A stretch of DNA of 64,000 nucleotides from Flavipsychrobacter sp. (GCA_016787265.1 JAEUVF010000010.1:223591-287590); one strand, 5' to 3'. Counted from the first letter of the stretch, positions 36,708 through 47,027 are shown. Numbers and translations are program-made. The notes: a model not told the origin generated them from the letters alone.

Positions 36708-38939
36708 ATGAAGCAGCGACTGAAAGCCATATTCTATTCCTTTGCCGTGCAGTTAATACTGCTGCATTTCAAAAAATTCCAGATACTGCTGATCTTTTGG
36801 TTTGCGCTGTTTGGTGCGGTAAGTGGCAACTTCATGGCCAGCTTTGGGGTGGATTCCCTGTATTTATCACCGGAATACCTGGGCAGTGTAAATGCGATAT
36901 CAGCGGGGATTGTTGGCATGTCTGTAGGCATCTTCATCATGAGCTGGAACATCACTACGTTTATCCTCTTCAGCCGGCATTTTCGATTTCTTGCTACCAC
37001 CACAAGACCATTCCTGAAGTATTGCATCAATAATGCTGTCATTCCCCTTCTTTTCCTGGTCTTTTATTTTATAAATGCGGTTGACTTTGACCTGCACAAG
37101 GAACTGTTATCAGTGAGTGAAGTGATGACCCTGGTTGGTGGGTTTTTGATTGGACTGGTATTGATTGTTTTTCTTTCTCTGGGTTATTTTTTTGGTGCGG
37201 ATATCACTATTGCGAGGAACATGATCAGCCTGGATCCTTCGCCAATGGCGATGCACCGGGGCGTGAAGCCACATATCGTATTAAACAGTGGTGGCAGCAG
37301 GTTAATCAAGGTGACAACCTACCTGAGCGGTCGGCTCAATGTAAAAGCTGTGCGTGATGTTACCCACTACAGCAAAGAATTCCTGGAGAATATCTTCAGT
37401 CGCCATCATTTTGCAGCGGTTTTATCCATCTTTATTGCCTTCGTTTTTTTAATGATGGTAGGATTTCTGCTTGATTATGAAATGTTCAAATTACCGGCAG
37501 CAGCCAGCATTACGATCTTTTTTGCGATCCTGGTATCTGTGGCCGGAGCGTTTTCCTATTTCTTACAAAGCTGGAGTGTTCCTTTTGCGGTAGTATTGGT
37601 TATTGTGCTGAATCTTTTGTATCGCTATGGGGTGATCGATCCAACCAATAAAGCCTATGGCCTGAATTATGGAAAAGAGATTCAGAAAGCTTCTTATACG
37701 CCTTCCAATCTTGCTGCCTTGAGTACTGCTGAACGGGTGAGTACTGATTCCCTGAGAATGGTGCAGGTACTGGAGAACTGGAAAAGAAGGCAGGGAGTGG
37801 AGAAGCCACATCTTTACATCGTAAATGTAAGTGGAGGAGGAACCCGAAGCGCAACCTTCACCATGGGTGTGATGCAAAAGCTGGACAGCATCTGCGGCGG
37901 TCAGTTGATGCGGAAGACCTTTATGATCACAGGTGCTTCGGGTGGTATGCTGGGAGCAGCTTATTTCAGGGCATTATCCAGGGAGCGTGACCTGGGCAAG
38001 CCGGTTCGTTTGCAGGATCCTGCATATGTGGATGATATCTCGAAAGATTTGCTGAATCCTACATTTTCTTCTTTTGTGGCGCGGGACCTTGCCGCACCTG
38101 CGCAGAAGTTCAGTGTGGGGAAATACAAGTATGTAAAAGACCGCGCGTATTCATTTGAGCAGCAGTTAAACATCAATACGCGTTATTTACTGGATAAGGA
38201 ATTCAGTGCACTGGCGAAAGAAGAACAGGAGGCATTGATGCCTACCATGATCTTTAATTCAGTAATTACCAGGGATGGAAGGAAAATGCTGATCAGTACA
38301 CATCCGCTCAGCTTTTTGATGAAACCATCGGGAGATCCGCGTTTACAACATCCTACCGATCCGGATGCAGTTGATTTTGCAGCTTTGTTATCGAGGCAGG
38401 ATCCGATGAATCTTCGGTTACTCACGGCGCTTCGCATGAATGCCACATTCCCCTATGTGTTACCGAATGTATGGTTGCCGACTGATCCGGTGATTGATGT
38501 GATGGATGCGGGATTGCGGGATAATTATGGAATTGAAACTGCGGTTCGGTTTATTCATGTATTCAGGAACTGGATCAAAGAAAATACCAGCGGAGTAACG
38601 CTCCTGCAGATCAAGGATCGCCAGGGTGGTGGATGGGAGCATCCTTTTGAATCAAAAGCGGTATCTGAAATTGTAACCAAGCCCTTGTTGCTGTTGCAGT
38701 TGAACTGGTATAAAATGCAGCAGTACAATCACCAGGATCAGTTGGGCATGGTGAGTGATTTGTTACCCGGACAATTCAACCGGATCAGTTTTCATTATCT
38801 GCCGGAGAAAGAAGAAACCAAGGCAGCGCTGAATTTTCATTTAACGCAACGCGAGAAAGTGGATATCCGGCATGCATTGGATAATCAGCTCAATGCTTTG
38901 GCATTTAAACGATTTAAGGAATCCCTGTCCGGTTTTTAA
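36708..38939 (+). CDS. Membrane-anchored patatin-like phospholipase
   Basis: The N-terminal roughly 330 aa carry multiple TM helices. The patatin triad elements follow: oxyanion VSGGGTRS, nucleophile GASGG, and catalytic Asp in MDAGLRDNYG. Confidence 0.8.
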   Translation: MKQRLKAIFYSFAVQLILLHFKKFQILLIFWFALFGAVSGNFMASFGVDSLYLSPEYLGSVNAISAGIVGMSVGIFIMSWNITTFILFSRHFRFLATTTRPFLKYCINNAVIPLLFLVFYFINAVDFDLHKELLSVSEVMTLVGGFLIGLVLIVFLSLGYFFGADITIARNMISLDPSPMAMHRGVKPHIVLNSGGSRLIKVTTYLSGRLNVKAVRDVTHYSKEFLENIFSRHHFAAVLSIFIAFVFLMMVGFLLDYEMFKLPAAASITIFFAILVSVAGAFSYFLQSWSVPFAVVLVIVLNLLYRYGVIDPTNKAYGLNYGKEIQKASYTPSNLAALSTAERVSTDSLRMVQVLENWKRRQGVEKPHLYIVNVSGGGTRSATFTMGVMQKLDSICGGQLMRKTFMITGASGGMLGAAYFRALSRERDLGKPVRLQDPAYVDDISKDLLNPTFSSFVARDLAAPAQKFSVGKYKYVKDRAYSFEQQLNINTRYLLDKEFSALAKEEQEALMPTMIFNSVITRDGRKMLISTHPLSFLMKPSGDPRLQHPTDPDAVDFAALLSRQDPMNLRLLTALRMNATFPYVLPNVWLPTDPVIDVMDAGLRDNYGIETAVRFIHVFRNWIKENTSGVTLLQIKDRQGGGWEHPFESKAVSEIVTKPLLLLQLNWYKMQQYNHQDQLGMVSDLLPGQFNRISFHYLPEKEETKAALNFHLTQREKVDIRHALDNQLNALAFKRFKESLSGF

Positions 38940-38971
38940 GGCTTCACCTGTTATCTATAAAACAAATCAGT

Positions 38972-39334
38972 ATGCAAGAGTATGTATTGATCTTCCGTCA
39001 TGAAGATGGGAAAGAAGTTGCTTCACCTGAGCAAATGCAGGAATGGATGAAGCAGACCATGGACTGGATTGGCACTATTGCCGCGAAGAACAAGTTTGTG
39101 AGTGGAACAGGCCTGCCTTTTGAGGAGGCAAAAGTGGTGAAGGCAACCGACAAGGGATTGATCGTAACCAATGGTCCGTTTGGGGATATCAAGGAAACCC
39201 TGGGAGGATTTGTCATTGTGAAAGCGGATTCGGTGGAAGAAGCGGTTGAATTTGCAAAAGGAAGTCCGGTTTTGCAGGGAGTTGGCAACAGTGTGGAGGT
39301 GCGCAAAATAGCAAGTGGGGATGGCATCCATTAA
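38972..39334 (+). CDS. YciI/DGPF-family protein
   Basis: 120 aa with GPFGDIKETLGGFVIVKADSVEEAVEFAK, typical of YciI-like proteins. Confidence 0.75.
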   Translation: MQEYVLIFRHEDGKEVASPEQMQEWMKQTMDWIGTIAAKNKFVSGTGLPFEEAKVVKATDKGLIVTNGPFGDIKETLGGFVIVKADSVEEAVEFAKGSPVLQGVGNSVEVRKIASGDGIH

Positions 39335-40547
39335 GCAGGATACCGCGCAATTGGTGCCACATTTATTCCGGACGGAATTCCGGAAAATAACTACTTATTT
39401 ATGTTGCCAGTATGGGCTGGAGTACCTGGGAGAAGCGGAGGATATTGCGAGTGAGAGTTTCCTAGCTGCCCTGGAAACCTGGCCTTATAAAGGAATACCT
39501 CCCAATCCGGCTGCCTGGTTGTACCGGGTGGCCAAGAACAAAGCGATGAACCGGCTGGAGCAAAAAGCATCACGCAGAAAAATAGAAGCACAATTACCGG
39601 CAGCGGATGGGGAGGATATATCCTATGCGGAAGAGGAAGGGGATCAGTTGCGCATGTTGTTTGCGATTTGTCATCCTGCGTTATCGCAGGAAACGCAGGT
39701 GACCATGGCGCTTCGGATAATGGCAGGATTTGGTTTGGATGAAATTTCATCCGCCTTATTGATTGGGAAGGAGACCATTCAGAAAAGATTGTATCGGGGA
39801 AGGGAGACACTGAAGGAGCGAGGGATTGTGTTGGAAATGCCAACAGGTGCTGCATTGCAGGAACGCCTGGAAATGGTATTGTTAACTATTTATCTCATGT
39901 TTACGGAGGGTTATTATTCAGAAACGAAGGAGGAGCTGATTAGGGAGGATTTGTGTTTTGAAGCTATGCGACTGGCTTATCTCTTAACAGAGTTGCCGCA
40001 AACTAATAGTCCGAAAGTGCGGGCATTACTGGCCTTGTTTTGTTTTCAGGCATCGCGGTTTGCTGCGCGCAGGAATAAGAATGGGGAATGGTTACTGTAT
40101 GATCAACAGGATGCTTCCTTGTGGGACCAGCAACTAATTGCAAAAGGAGTGGAGTGGTTGCACAAGGCAAGTGTGGGTGAGGAGTTAAGTTTTTATCATT
40201 TGGAGGCTGCGATCGCGTATTGGTATTCACGGCCGGAGGATAGCCCGGAGAAATGGGAAGCTATAGTAGGGCTATACGAGCAGTTAATCGTTTTAAAACC
40301 CTCGCCTGTGGTCGCCTTGAACAGGATATTTGCCGTGTATAAATTAAGGGGCGCGAAAGAGGCAATTAATCTCGCTGACCGGCTGGCGTTAACTGATAAT
40401 CCGTATTACTATATGCTGGTTGGTGAGCTGCACAGTGAATTGGACAAACCGTATGCACTGGAATGTTTCAGGAAAGCGCATCAGTTAGTGCATACAGATG
40501 CTGATCGTCGGTTTGTTGAAAAGCGATTGCAGGAAATGGGAGGTTGA
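39321..40547 (+). CDS. ECF sigma factor with long C-terminal extension (ECF42-like)
   Basis: Sigma-2 region (WLYRVAKNKAMN) and sigma-4 region (GKETIQKRLYRGRETLKE), plus a helical extension of about 230 aa. It overlaps the end of the yciI-like gene. Confidence 0.75.
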   Translation: MASIKQDTAQLVPHLFRTEFRKITTYLCCQYGLEYLGEAEDIASESFLAALETWPYKGIPPNPAAWLYRVAKNKAMNRLEQKASRRKIEAQLPAADGEDISYAEEEGDQLRMLFAICHPALSQETQVTMALRIMAGFGLDEISSALLIGKETIQKRLYRGRETLKERGIVLEMPTGAALQERLEMVLLTIYLMFTEGYYSETKEELIREDLCFEAMRLAYLLTELPQTNSPKVRALLALFCFQASRFAARRNKNGEWLLYDQQDASLWDQQLIAKGVEWLHKASVGEELSFYHLEAAIAYWYSRPEDSPEKWEAIVGLYEQLIVLKPSPVVALNRIFAVYKLRGAKEAINLADRLALTDNPYYYMLVGELHSELDKPYALECFRKAHQLVHTDADRRFVEKRLQEMGG

Positions 40548-40563
40548 TGGTAGAATAGTTCCA

Positions 40564-41814
40564 TTACTCAATCTTCCGCATTTCTTTCCAGCGTTGATCC
40601 TGGAAGACAGAGGATGGGTCGAAATTCGGGCTGTTGGAAAGCAGAAAAGAGGAGCCATCGCTGCGGCTCCAGGCATGGTTATATCCGGAGCTTAGTTCGA
40701 CGGTCCCATTTTCATCACGGTAGTGTTCCACTTCGCGGATGGTTTTAATGAAATTGGTATGCATCCGGTCCTGGGAGCTTTGTTTTGCTTCCCAGCTTCT
40801 CATCTGATTATCCATTTCGGCTAAACGGCGATTACCTGCTGCAATAGTTTGTTCACCAATTTGACGGGTACGTTCATCCATTAATCGGATTTTTCCCAGG
40901 TGTTCAATTTGCTTTTGTTCCCGCACGGATCTCCAGTAATTGTTGGTGGCTTCTTTCCAATCCGGATTGGTTCGGATACTGCCTATAATCATGCTGACAA
41001 TCTGTTCAGCTTCTTCCATTTTATCTGCTGGGTAGGTAAATATCATACGGCTGGCTGAGCTGGTATAATTGATCGCCATTGAACCATTGTATACATTAGG
41101 TACATACACTTCTGCATTCGTTACTCCGCAAATCAGAATGGCTGCCTGATTATTCGTAAGAGTTGCTTTGGCTGTCAATGCTGTGTGCCGGTAATTAACC
41201 TGTGCTGCACCGTATCGCATCATTTCAGCTCTTGCCTGATTATCCATTTCGCTATGGGCAGTAACAACTTCGGGATTATTTTTGGCTTCAATCAGGGTTG
41301 CGTTGCCGAGCTCCGGAAGCCATACCTGATCTATATACTGCCGGGCATCGATGGGCTCCCCTTTACCACAGTATTGGGAAGTTTGTTGCAATTGATTCAA
41401 TTGCTGATTCGTACTATATGCCCAGGTTAGGGCAGGCAGGATTTTGAAGCTGAATTCACCAGTAGGCGATTGTGCAGAAAAACTCATGGTGGTACCGGCG
41501 CATGTTTGTCCGGGTGCCGTCCAGATTACCCCACCTTCTGATTGCCAGTCTTTTGGCAAAAGAATACTATAGGCTTCTGCCGGTTGGGAGAATGCCTGGA
41601 GGTCCATGATTTTGACACGGTTGAACAGGTAGTAATCCTTTCCCTCAGTAAACTGGGGAGAGCTTTGTTGGTTGCCGGAATTTTCAGATGCTGCCGGGCT
41701 GGAATTTTCCACGGATGTAGCAATTTGATCGGTATCCGGATTGATATCGTTGTTGCAGGCGCTGGCGGCTAGCATAAGCACAGCTACCGGTATTGAGCGT
41801 AGGTTAAAAGGCAT
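40564..41814 (-). CDS. Lipoprotein of unknown function (416 aa)
   Basis: Lipobox LMLAASAC, a low-complexity linker, and a charged helical C-terminal region. I recognise no family. Confidence 0.6.
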   Translation of the reverse strand: MPFNLRSIPVAVLMLAASACNNDINPDTDQIATSVENSSPAASENSGNQQSSPQFTEGKDYYLFNRVKIMDLQAFSQPAEAYSILLPKDWQSEGGVIWTAPGQTCAGTTMSFSAQSPTGEFSFKILPALTWAYSTNQQLNQLQQTSQYCGKGEPIDARQYIDQVWLPELGNATLIEAKNNPEVVTAHSEMDNQARAEMMRYGAAQVNYRHTALTAKATLTNNQAAILICGVTNAEVYVPNVYNGSMAINYTSSASRMIFTYPADKMEEAEQIVSMIIGSIRTNPDWKEATNNYWRSVREQKQIEHLGKIRLMDERTRQIGEQTIAAGNRRLAEMDNQMRSWEAKQSSQDRMHTNFIKTIREVEHYRDENGTVELSSGYNHAWSRSDGSSFLLSNSPNFDPSSVFQDQRWKEMRKIE

Positions 41815-41882
41815 GGTATATCAGGTTATACTACTATATAACCGCCGGCAGGAAAAGGTAAACAAGAATAGAGGCAATACAA

Positions 41883-42302
41883 TTATTGTCTACCTGGTTC
41901 GGTTCCGGTGAAATTGATCCGTTTGAACATCACATCCGGACTGTTATCGTCTTTGTGTAAGCGAAGAAAGCGGTCATCTGCCTCTAAAATCAGGATAGTA
42001 TCCGTTTCGAGGATAAGTAAATTGTCAATCACTTTGTAGTCAGTTATTGAATTATTTTCTTCAACTCCTCCGGGTTGATCAGATTCATATTGACCATTGG
42101 GGGAAAACCGGATGGTCAATCCCTTATTTGACTTGTTAAACGTCTTCAAATCTTCTTTTCGTACTGCTGAAAGGTCCTCTTTAGAATAAAACTGATAAAA
42201 CTCCCATTTTCCAATAATCAGTTTTGCATAATCAGGAGTACTACATGAACTGATTACTGCAAGTATAAAAATGGAAATACAGATAAGTATTGAGTTTTTC
42301 AT
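41883..42302 (-). CDS. Small lipoprotein, lipocalin-like
   Basis: Lipobox AVISSC followed by LIIGKWEF, typical of lipocalin-like domains. I chose the internal ATG at 42302. Confidence 0.55.
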   Translation of the reverse strand: MKNSILICISIFILAVISSCSTPDYAKLIIGKWEFYQFYSKEDLSAVRKEDLKTFNKSNKGLTIRFSPNGQYESDQPGGVEENNSITDYKVIDNLLILETDTILILEADDRFLRLHKDDNSPDVMFKRINFTGTEPGRQ

Positions 42303-42359
42303 CGGAGCCAAGATATTTATTAGATTTAGAAACTGCAATAATGACAAAAAGAAAAATCA

Positions 42360-43310
42360 ATGCAAAATCTCAAAGTAGCAACAGCTCAATTTGAAAACCG
42401 GTCAGGTGATAAGTTGTATAACTTATCGGTGATGGATTCACTGGCGGCGAAGGCTGCAGCTGATGGTGCACAGGTAATTGCTTTCCATGAATGCTCGGTA
42501 ACGGGATATAGTTTTGCCCGCAAATTATCGAGGGAGGAATTGCTGGCTCAGGCAGAATTAATTCCGGAAGGGGAAAGCATTTCGCAACTCAGGCAAATAA
42601 GCGCTCGCCATAATATTGTGGTGCTGGCCGGATTGTTTGAAAAGGATCGGGATGATAAAATTTACAAAGCCTATGTGTGTGTGGATCGAAATGGCCTGAT
42701 AGCCAAATTCAGAAAGCTGCATCCCTTTATCAATCCTCATATTCTGCCTGGTACTGAATATTGTGTATTTGATTTGTTTGGGTGGAAGTGTGGCATTCTG
42801 ATCTGTTACGACAACAATATCATCGAAAATGTAAGGGCTACCAAATTGCTGGGGGCTGATATTATTTTCATGCCACATGTAACTATGTGTACGCCGTCTA
42901 CTCGTCCGGGTGCCGGATTTGTTGATCCTGCCTTATGGGAAAACAGGGAGGCGGATCCAACCTCGCTGCGACTGGAATTTGATGGTATGAAGGGAAGAGC
43001 CTGGTTAATGAAATGGTTGCCAGCAAGGGCGTATGACAATGCTATTTATGCCATCTTTTCCAACCCTATTGGCATGGATGATGACCAACTGAAGAATGGT
43101 TGCTCCATGATACTTGATCCTTATGGAGATATTATTGCGGAGTGCAGAAGTTTTGAGGACAGTTATGTGATCGCAACCCTGACTCCAGAGAAGTTAACCC
43201 TGGCAGGAGGGCATCGGTATCTGAAAGCAAGACGGCCAGAGTTGTACAAAGACCTGATAGGGAAAGAGCATCAATCCGAGCAGAAGGTAGTTTGGCTGGA
43301 AAAGAAATAG
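42360..43310 (+). CDS. Carbon-nitrogen hydrolase (nitrilase superfamily) protein
   Basis: Glu-Lys-Cys triad contexts are visible: IAFHECSV, KFRKLHPF, CGILICYDN. Confidence 0.8.
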   Translation: MQNLKVATAQFENRSGDKLYNLSVMDSLAAKAAADGAQVIAFHECSVTGYSFARKLSREELLAQAELIPEGESISQLRQISARHNIVVLAGLFEKDRDDKIYKAYVCVDRNGLIAKFRKLHPFINPHILPGTEYCVFDLFGWKCGILICYDNNIIENVRATKLLGADIIFMPHVTMCTPSTRPGAGFVDPALWENREADPTSLRLEFDGMKGRAWLMKWLPARAYDNAIYAIFSNPIGMDDDQLKNGCSMILDPYGDIIAECRSFEDSYVIATLTPEKLTLAGGHRYLKARRPELYKDLIGKEHQSEQKVVWLEKK

Positions 43311-43321
43311 AGACTGCTCAA

Positions 43322-44197
43322 TCAATAATATTCGTAAGTATAGCGGGTAACAAAAGTTTCTCTTTCGGATGAATTGTTTACAATATGGGAAAGGGTTCCA
43401 TCTGAGTTATAAAAATATTCTGTCCTGTTGCTGACAGGAACGGAAAGCTTTGTTTTATAATAATTGGATTCATACCTGGTGCATTGTCCGGCAACATTGT
43501 ACTGCCAGCTATTGTCAAAATTGCTATTTTTCATTGTTATTAACTTTCCTTTCCCCTGTTTTTTTCGAATATATCGAAAGCTGCCATAGTGGACATTCAC
43601 AATACTATCTAACAGGCCATCTGCATGGTAGTAATAGCGACTGTTTTCTAAAACATGTCCCGTTTGATCTATTCTCTCATGTGAGATAACTCTTCCCTGT
43701 TCATCGAAGGATTCGGTAGTGAGTATATAATTTGCTGTATCTACCATCGATATGGAATGCAGTTTACCCTCTTTCCAAACCGATTTATGTTCGGGATACT
43801 TATTGCCTTTGGTATCAAAATAGGTTGCTTTTGCCACCTGGCCAGTAGGGTGATACTCGAAAAGAGCTGTTATGCATAAATCGGATTCCATTGTCGGTGT
43901 TTTCTGCAGACAGGAAATTAAACTTCGAATAGCACCAGTGCTGTCTACTGAAATTATATCTACATAGCTTGTTTTCGCTGCGCCTGGTGGGTCTTTTATA
44001 GCGGTAATTTTTTTGACTCCTGCTGCCTGTAGGATGGCTTTTGTATTGAGCACTGTGTCTGAAAGATTACCAGGACCTGCACCTTGGGGATAACCATGCG
44101 ATCGTATTTGAGCAGCAGATTCCGGAAGGCAAACAGCTAATAAGAAAACCGCAACACAGCCTGCTTTCAGCCATTGAAACATGGATAAGTTCTTCAC
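43322..44197 (-). CDS. Secreted protein of unknown function (291 aa)
   Basis: Signal peptide ending ESAAQ. Repeated YYHADGLLDSIVN and EYFYNSDGTLSHIVN segments look YD/MORN-like. Its start overlaps the upstream gene's stop by 4 nt. Confidence 0.6.
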   Translation of the reverse strand: MKNLSMFQWLKAGCVAVFLLAVCLPESAAQIRSHGYPQGAGPGNLSDTVLNTKAILQAAGVKKITAIKDPPGAAKTSYVDIISVDSTGAIRSLISCLQKTPTMESDLCITALFEYHPTGQVAKATYFDTKGNKYPEHKSVWKEGKLHSISMVDTANYILTTESFDEQGRVISHERIDQTGHVLENSRYYYHADGLLDSIVNVHYGSFRYIRKKQGKGKLITMKNSNFDNSWQYNVAGQCTRYESNYYKTKLSVPVSNRTEYFYNSDGTLSHIVNNSSERETFVTRYTYEYY

Positions 44198-44679
44198 TTT
44201 ATAAGATTTCTGTTCGTGTCATATAGTCCTACCAACAAACTGTTTCCATTTGCATCTATCCTAACACCACCATACCTCGCAGAATCATACTGGGCGGCAT
44301 TGCCTTCCTGGAAGAAATAAGATTCTGCGCCGATATTCATATCCCAGATCCTTGGCGCAGTATATTCTATGAGTAATTCGCCGGAAGCAAGGGGTTCTCT
44401 GCCAGGCTGAATACGGATCGGTTGAGCCACACTGTTAGTATCCTGTTTAATTACAAAATACCCGCGCTTGGGAATGGAATCATGATTGAATTCACGTGCG
44501 ATTTTATAACTCAATTGCATGTAATCGCCCTGCATAAGGGATCGGGGATCCACTGGTGCCAGTTCCAGTAAAACCAGTGTGCCTTCTTTTAAGAGTTTTT
44601 CTTTTCCCAGTATGGAATAGAAAAAATAACCCAATACCAGGAAGAGGTTGAGCAGAATGATCCATTTACTAATTTTCAT
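44194..44679 (-). CDS. GDYXXLXY-domain membrane-anchored protein
   Basis: N-terminal TM helix and the literal motif MQGDYMQLSY. Confidence 0.8.
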   Translation of the reverse strand: MKISKWIILLNLFLVLGYFFYSILGKEKLLKEGTLVLLELAPVDPRSLMQGDYMQLSYKIAREFNHDSIPKRGYFVIKQDTNSVAQPIRIQPGREPLASGELLIEYTAPRIWDMNIGAESYFFQEGNAAQYDSARYGGVRIDANGNSLLVGLYDTNRNLIK

Positions 44680-45655
44680 TCGGACTCAGTTTTTTATGTA
44701 GAAAAAAATATAACACCAGAAAGAGTGCACCGGAAATCAGCAGCAGGATGGATTTGGTTAATAAGGTAAAACTCAAATCATAATAATATTGAGAAATAAA
44801 ATAAATGCCACTCAGAATACCGAGTACGAATCCTGTTTTGTACCCAAATTGAAAGCCCAGCAGGACTAGTAAGATCGCTCCTGAAATGGCGGGCGCGAAA
44901 AGCGTCGGCAATAGCAACAAGGTTACCAAGAGAAGGAGTTTCATTTGCGGTCCGGTTTCTTCTGCATTAAATTCTTTAGATAACTCGTTTACCTGGTACA
45001 GGATCGTTCCAATTATTCCAACAGAAGCAATCCAGAATAGATGTGGTGAAATCGGCGTGGTCATACGTATTCCCAACAGATAAAGCGCACTTAAAAAGGA
45101 AAGGGTGCTGGCTGTTCGGATGGCGGGATACAATTGTGCAGGCTTCCCCTCCTGTTGTCCAAACCAGGAGCTATGGGTATATACAAAATAACAGGTGGCC
45201 GCCAATAGCGGAGTATACACCAGCAGGAACTCGTACTGATTATTGGAAAAAAGTATGGCAATAATGCTGGCATGGATGGATAACATGGCCACTAATGCCA
45301 GCACCTGGTTTTGCGTCATGTATAAACTGAGGGCGGCTATCGCTATAAAAATCAGATAGGTAAGCGTTTCTGATACGCCAAATTCGTTGAGTCCGATCCC
45401 AATCAGGATGCCTCCAATCAGGAATAGTGAAATACTGAAGGTATCCAGCAATATATTGTTGTACTGTTTATCCAGCCAGATCGCACCAGCTATAAATACG
45501 ATGCCGAAAATGAGTTGAGCAAGCGCTGATTCATATAATCCGGCAATGAATAAAAACCCTACAAAAGCACAGCTTGCCAGGATCCCACCAATAATTGAAA
45601 TTATTTTGATTGGAAGAGAAGGTTGCGCGGATGAATGGTTATCAGGATTGTTCAT
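44669..45655 (-). CDS. Polytopic membrane protein, DUF4401-like
   Basis: 328 aa with about 9-10 TM helices. It sits between a DUF2157-like gene and a GDYXXLXY gene, as in the conserved trio. The family call comes from context and topology. Confidence 0.5.
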   Translation of the reverse strand: MNNPDNHSSAQPSLPIKIISIIGGILASCAFVGFLFIAGLYESALAQLIFGIVFIAGAIWLDKQYNNILLDTFSISLFLIGGILIGIGLNEFGVSETLTYLIFIAIAALSLYMTQNQVLALVAMLSIHASIIAILFSNNQYEFLLVYTPLLAATCYFVYTHSSWFGQQEGKPAQLYPAIRTASTLSFLSALYLLGIRMTTPISPHLFWIASVGIIGTILYQVNELSKEFNAEETGPQMKLLLLVTLLLLPTLFAPAISGAILLVLLGFQFGYKTGFVLGILSGIYFISQYYYDLSFTLLTKSILLLISGALFLVLYFFLHKKLSPNEN

Positions 45656-46511
45656 GTGCCCATTTCTTTTGAAGGTCCAGCAAAAATTTGATGGTCAGGG
45701 AAGCGCTTCCGATGATAAAGAGGCTGATAAAAAGGAAGCTGCCTGCATCATTTGAGATCTTCAGAAACCAGGCAGAACCAATAATTATCAGACTTACGGG
45801 AATAATCGAAAGGTAAAAGATGGAATGTTGATGCAGGCCATACCAGATTCCTGCTGCATAAGCCAGAACTGCCAGCAGTAGAAGTAACCAGAAACTTGGA
45901 TCCTGGTTACGGAACATTCCGGTTGTAATTCCTATGGTGGAAAAACTGATGGCAGCCAGGGCTACCAGGTTGGTGAACCAGGTGGGAATCGACTTCCCTG
46001 CTTTCATCAGGAATTTGCTTACGATCAGTGCTACCAGGTTTACGAGAAAGAGAAGGGTGAAAACCAGGGTATCAGACCAGTGATTGGCAACCTGATTGGC
46101 ATAGAGTAAAATCGTTGTGTTGATCAGTAAGAGATACAGCACCCATAAGGGAGGAAAGTTTGCCACCAGTACCCAGATCGAAATGAAAACTGTCCAGGCC
46201 AGAAAAAAATCATAGGCATTGGCACCGGTTTGATAGATCTGCCCATACACAGCAAACAAGACCCCCACCAATGCTGCAGCAGCTGTTAACAGGATGTTTC
46301 GGATCATAGGATCAAACTGCGGTCTCAGGGAAAGTAGTGTGGTTGCAATGAGGAGTCCGCCTGTTAATGAAAGCTTTGCAAATTTTGGAAGGGCTTCCCA
46401 ATTGTACGCAAAGAAGAAAATGATTCCGGCTATTGTAAACCCAATACCCAGGGTCAGCAGCAGGATCCGGACAAAACGGTACCAATCCTGCTGGCTGGGT
46501 GGATGATTCAT
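45642..46511 (-). CDS. Polytopic membrane protein, DUF2157-like
   Basis: FFFAYNWEALPKFAKL resembles the DUF2157 AANW motif. Length 289 aa, multi-TM. Confidence 0.5.
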   Translation of the reverse strand: MNHPPSQQDWYRFVRILLLTLGIGFTIAGIIFFFAYNWEALPKFAKLSLTGGLLIATTLLSLRPQFDPMIRNILLTAAAALVGVLFAVYGQIYQTGANAYDFFLAWTVFISIWVLVANFPPLWVLYLLLINTTILLYANQVANHWSDTLVFTLLFLVNLVALIVSKFLMKAGKSIPTWFTNLVALAAISFSTIGITTGMFRNQDPSFWLLLLLAVLAYAAGIWYGLHQHSIFYLSIIPVSLIIIGSAWFLKISNDAGSFLFISLFIIGSASLTIKFLLDLQKKWAHEQS

Positions 46512-46538
46512 ATTGGTTAAGGTTTTAGGGTTGTTGAT

Positions 46539-47027
46539 TTACAGTTTCCATTCGGGTCGTTCGAAATGGCAGGTATACCCGAATGGATTTTTTTGCAGGT
46601 AATCCTGGTGCTCTTCTTCCGCTTCCCAGAAATCCGTGGCTGGAACAACTTCGGTAACAATTTTACCCGGCCATTTTCCCGAGGCTTCCATCTCTTTGAT
46701 CAGTTGAAGAGCTGTTTGTTTTTGTTCTTCATCCAGGTAAAAAATGGCGGATCGGTAAGAAAGCCCGATATCATTTCCCTGCCGGTTCTTGGTGGTAGGG
46801 TTGTGGATCATGAAAAAATATTCGAGCAGCTTCCGGTAGGAGAGGGTATCTGCATCAAAGCTGATGGCGATGCCTTCAGCATGGGTACCATGATTGCGGT
46901 AAGTGGCATTGGGAACATCTCCACCTGTGTACCCAACAACGGTGTGTTTTACGCCGGGCAGTTGCCGGATCAGTTCTTCCACACCCCAGAAACAACCACC
47001 GGCCAATATTGCTTTTTCAGTTCTCAT
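46539..47027 (-). CDS. msrA: Peptide-methionine (S)-S-oxide reductase
   Basis: GGCFWGVE active-site motif. Length 162 aa. Confidence 0.9.
   Translation of the reverse strand: MRTEKAILAGGCFWGVEELIRQLPGVKHTVVGYTGGDVPNATYRNHGTHAEGIAISFDADTLSYRKLLEYFFMIHNPTTKNRQGNDIGLSYRSAIFYLDEEQKQTALQLIKEMEASGKWPGKIVTEVVPATDFWEAEEEHQDYLQKNPFGYTCHFERPEWKL

Noticed and set aside
36671-37033. 120-aa plus-strand ORF overlapping the patatin gene start in another frame
   Set aside because: It lies entirely within the much longer membrane-patatin ORF. It is Cys/His-rich with no family resemblance, so I take it to be an out-of-frame artefact.
40564-46511. Possible horizontally acquired island, since the region looks AT-richer by eye
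   Set aside because: I could not compute composition. I found no flanking tRNA, integrase, direct repeats or other mobility genes, so there is no support for an island call.
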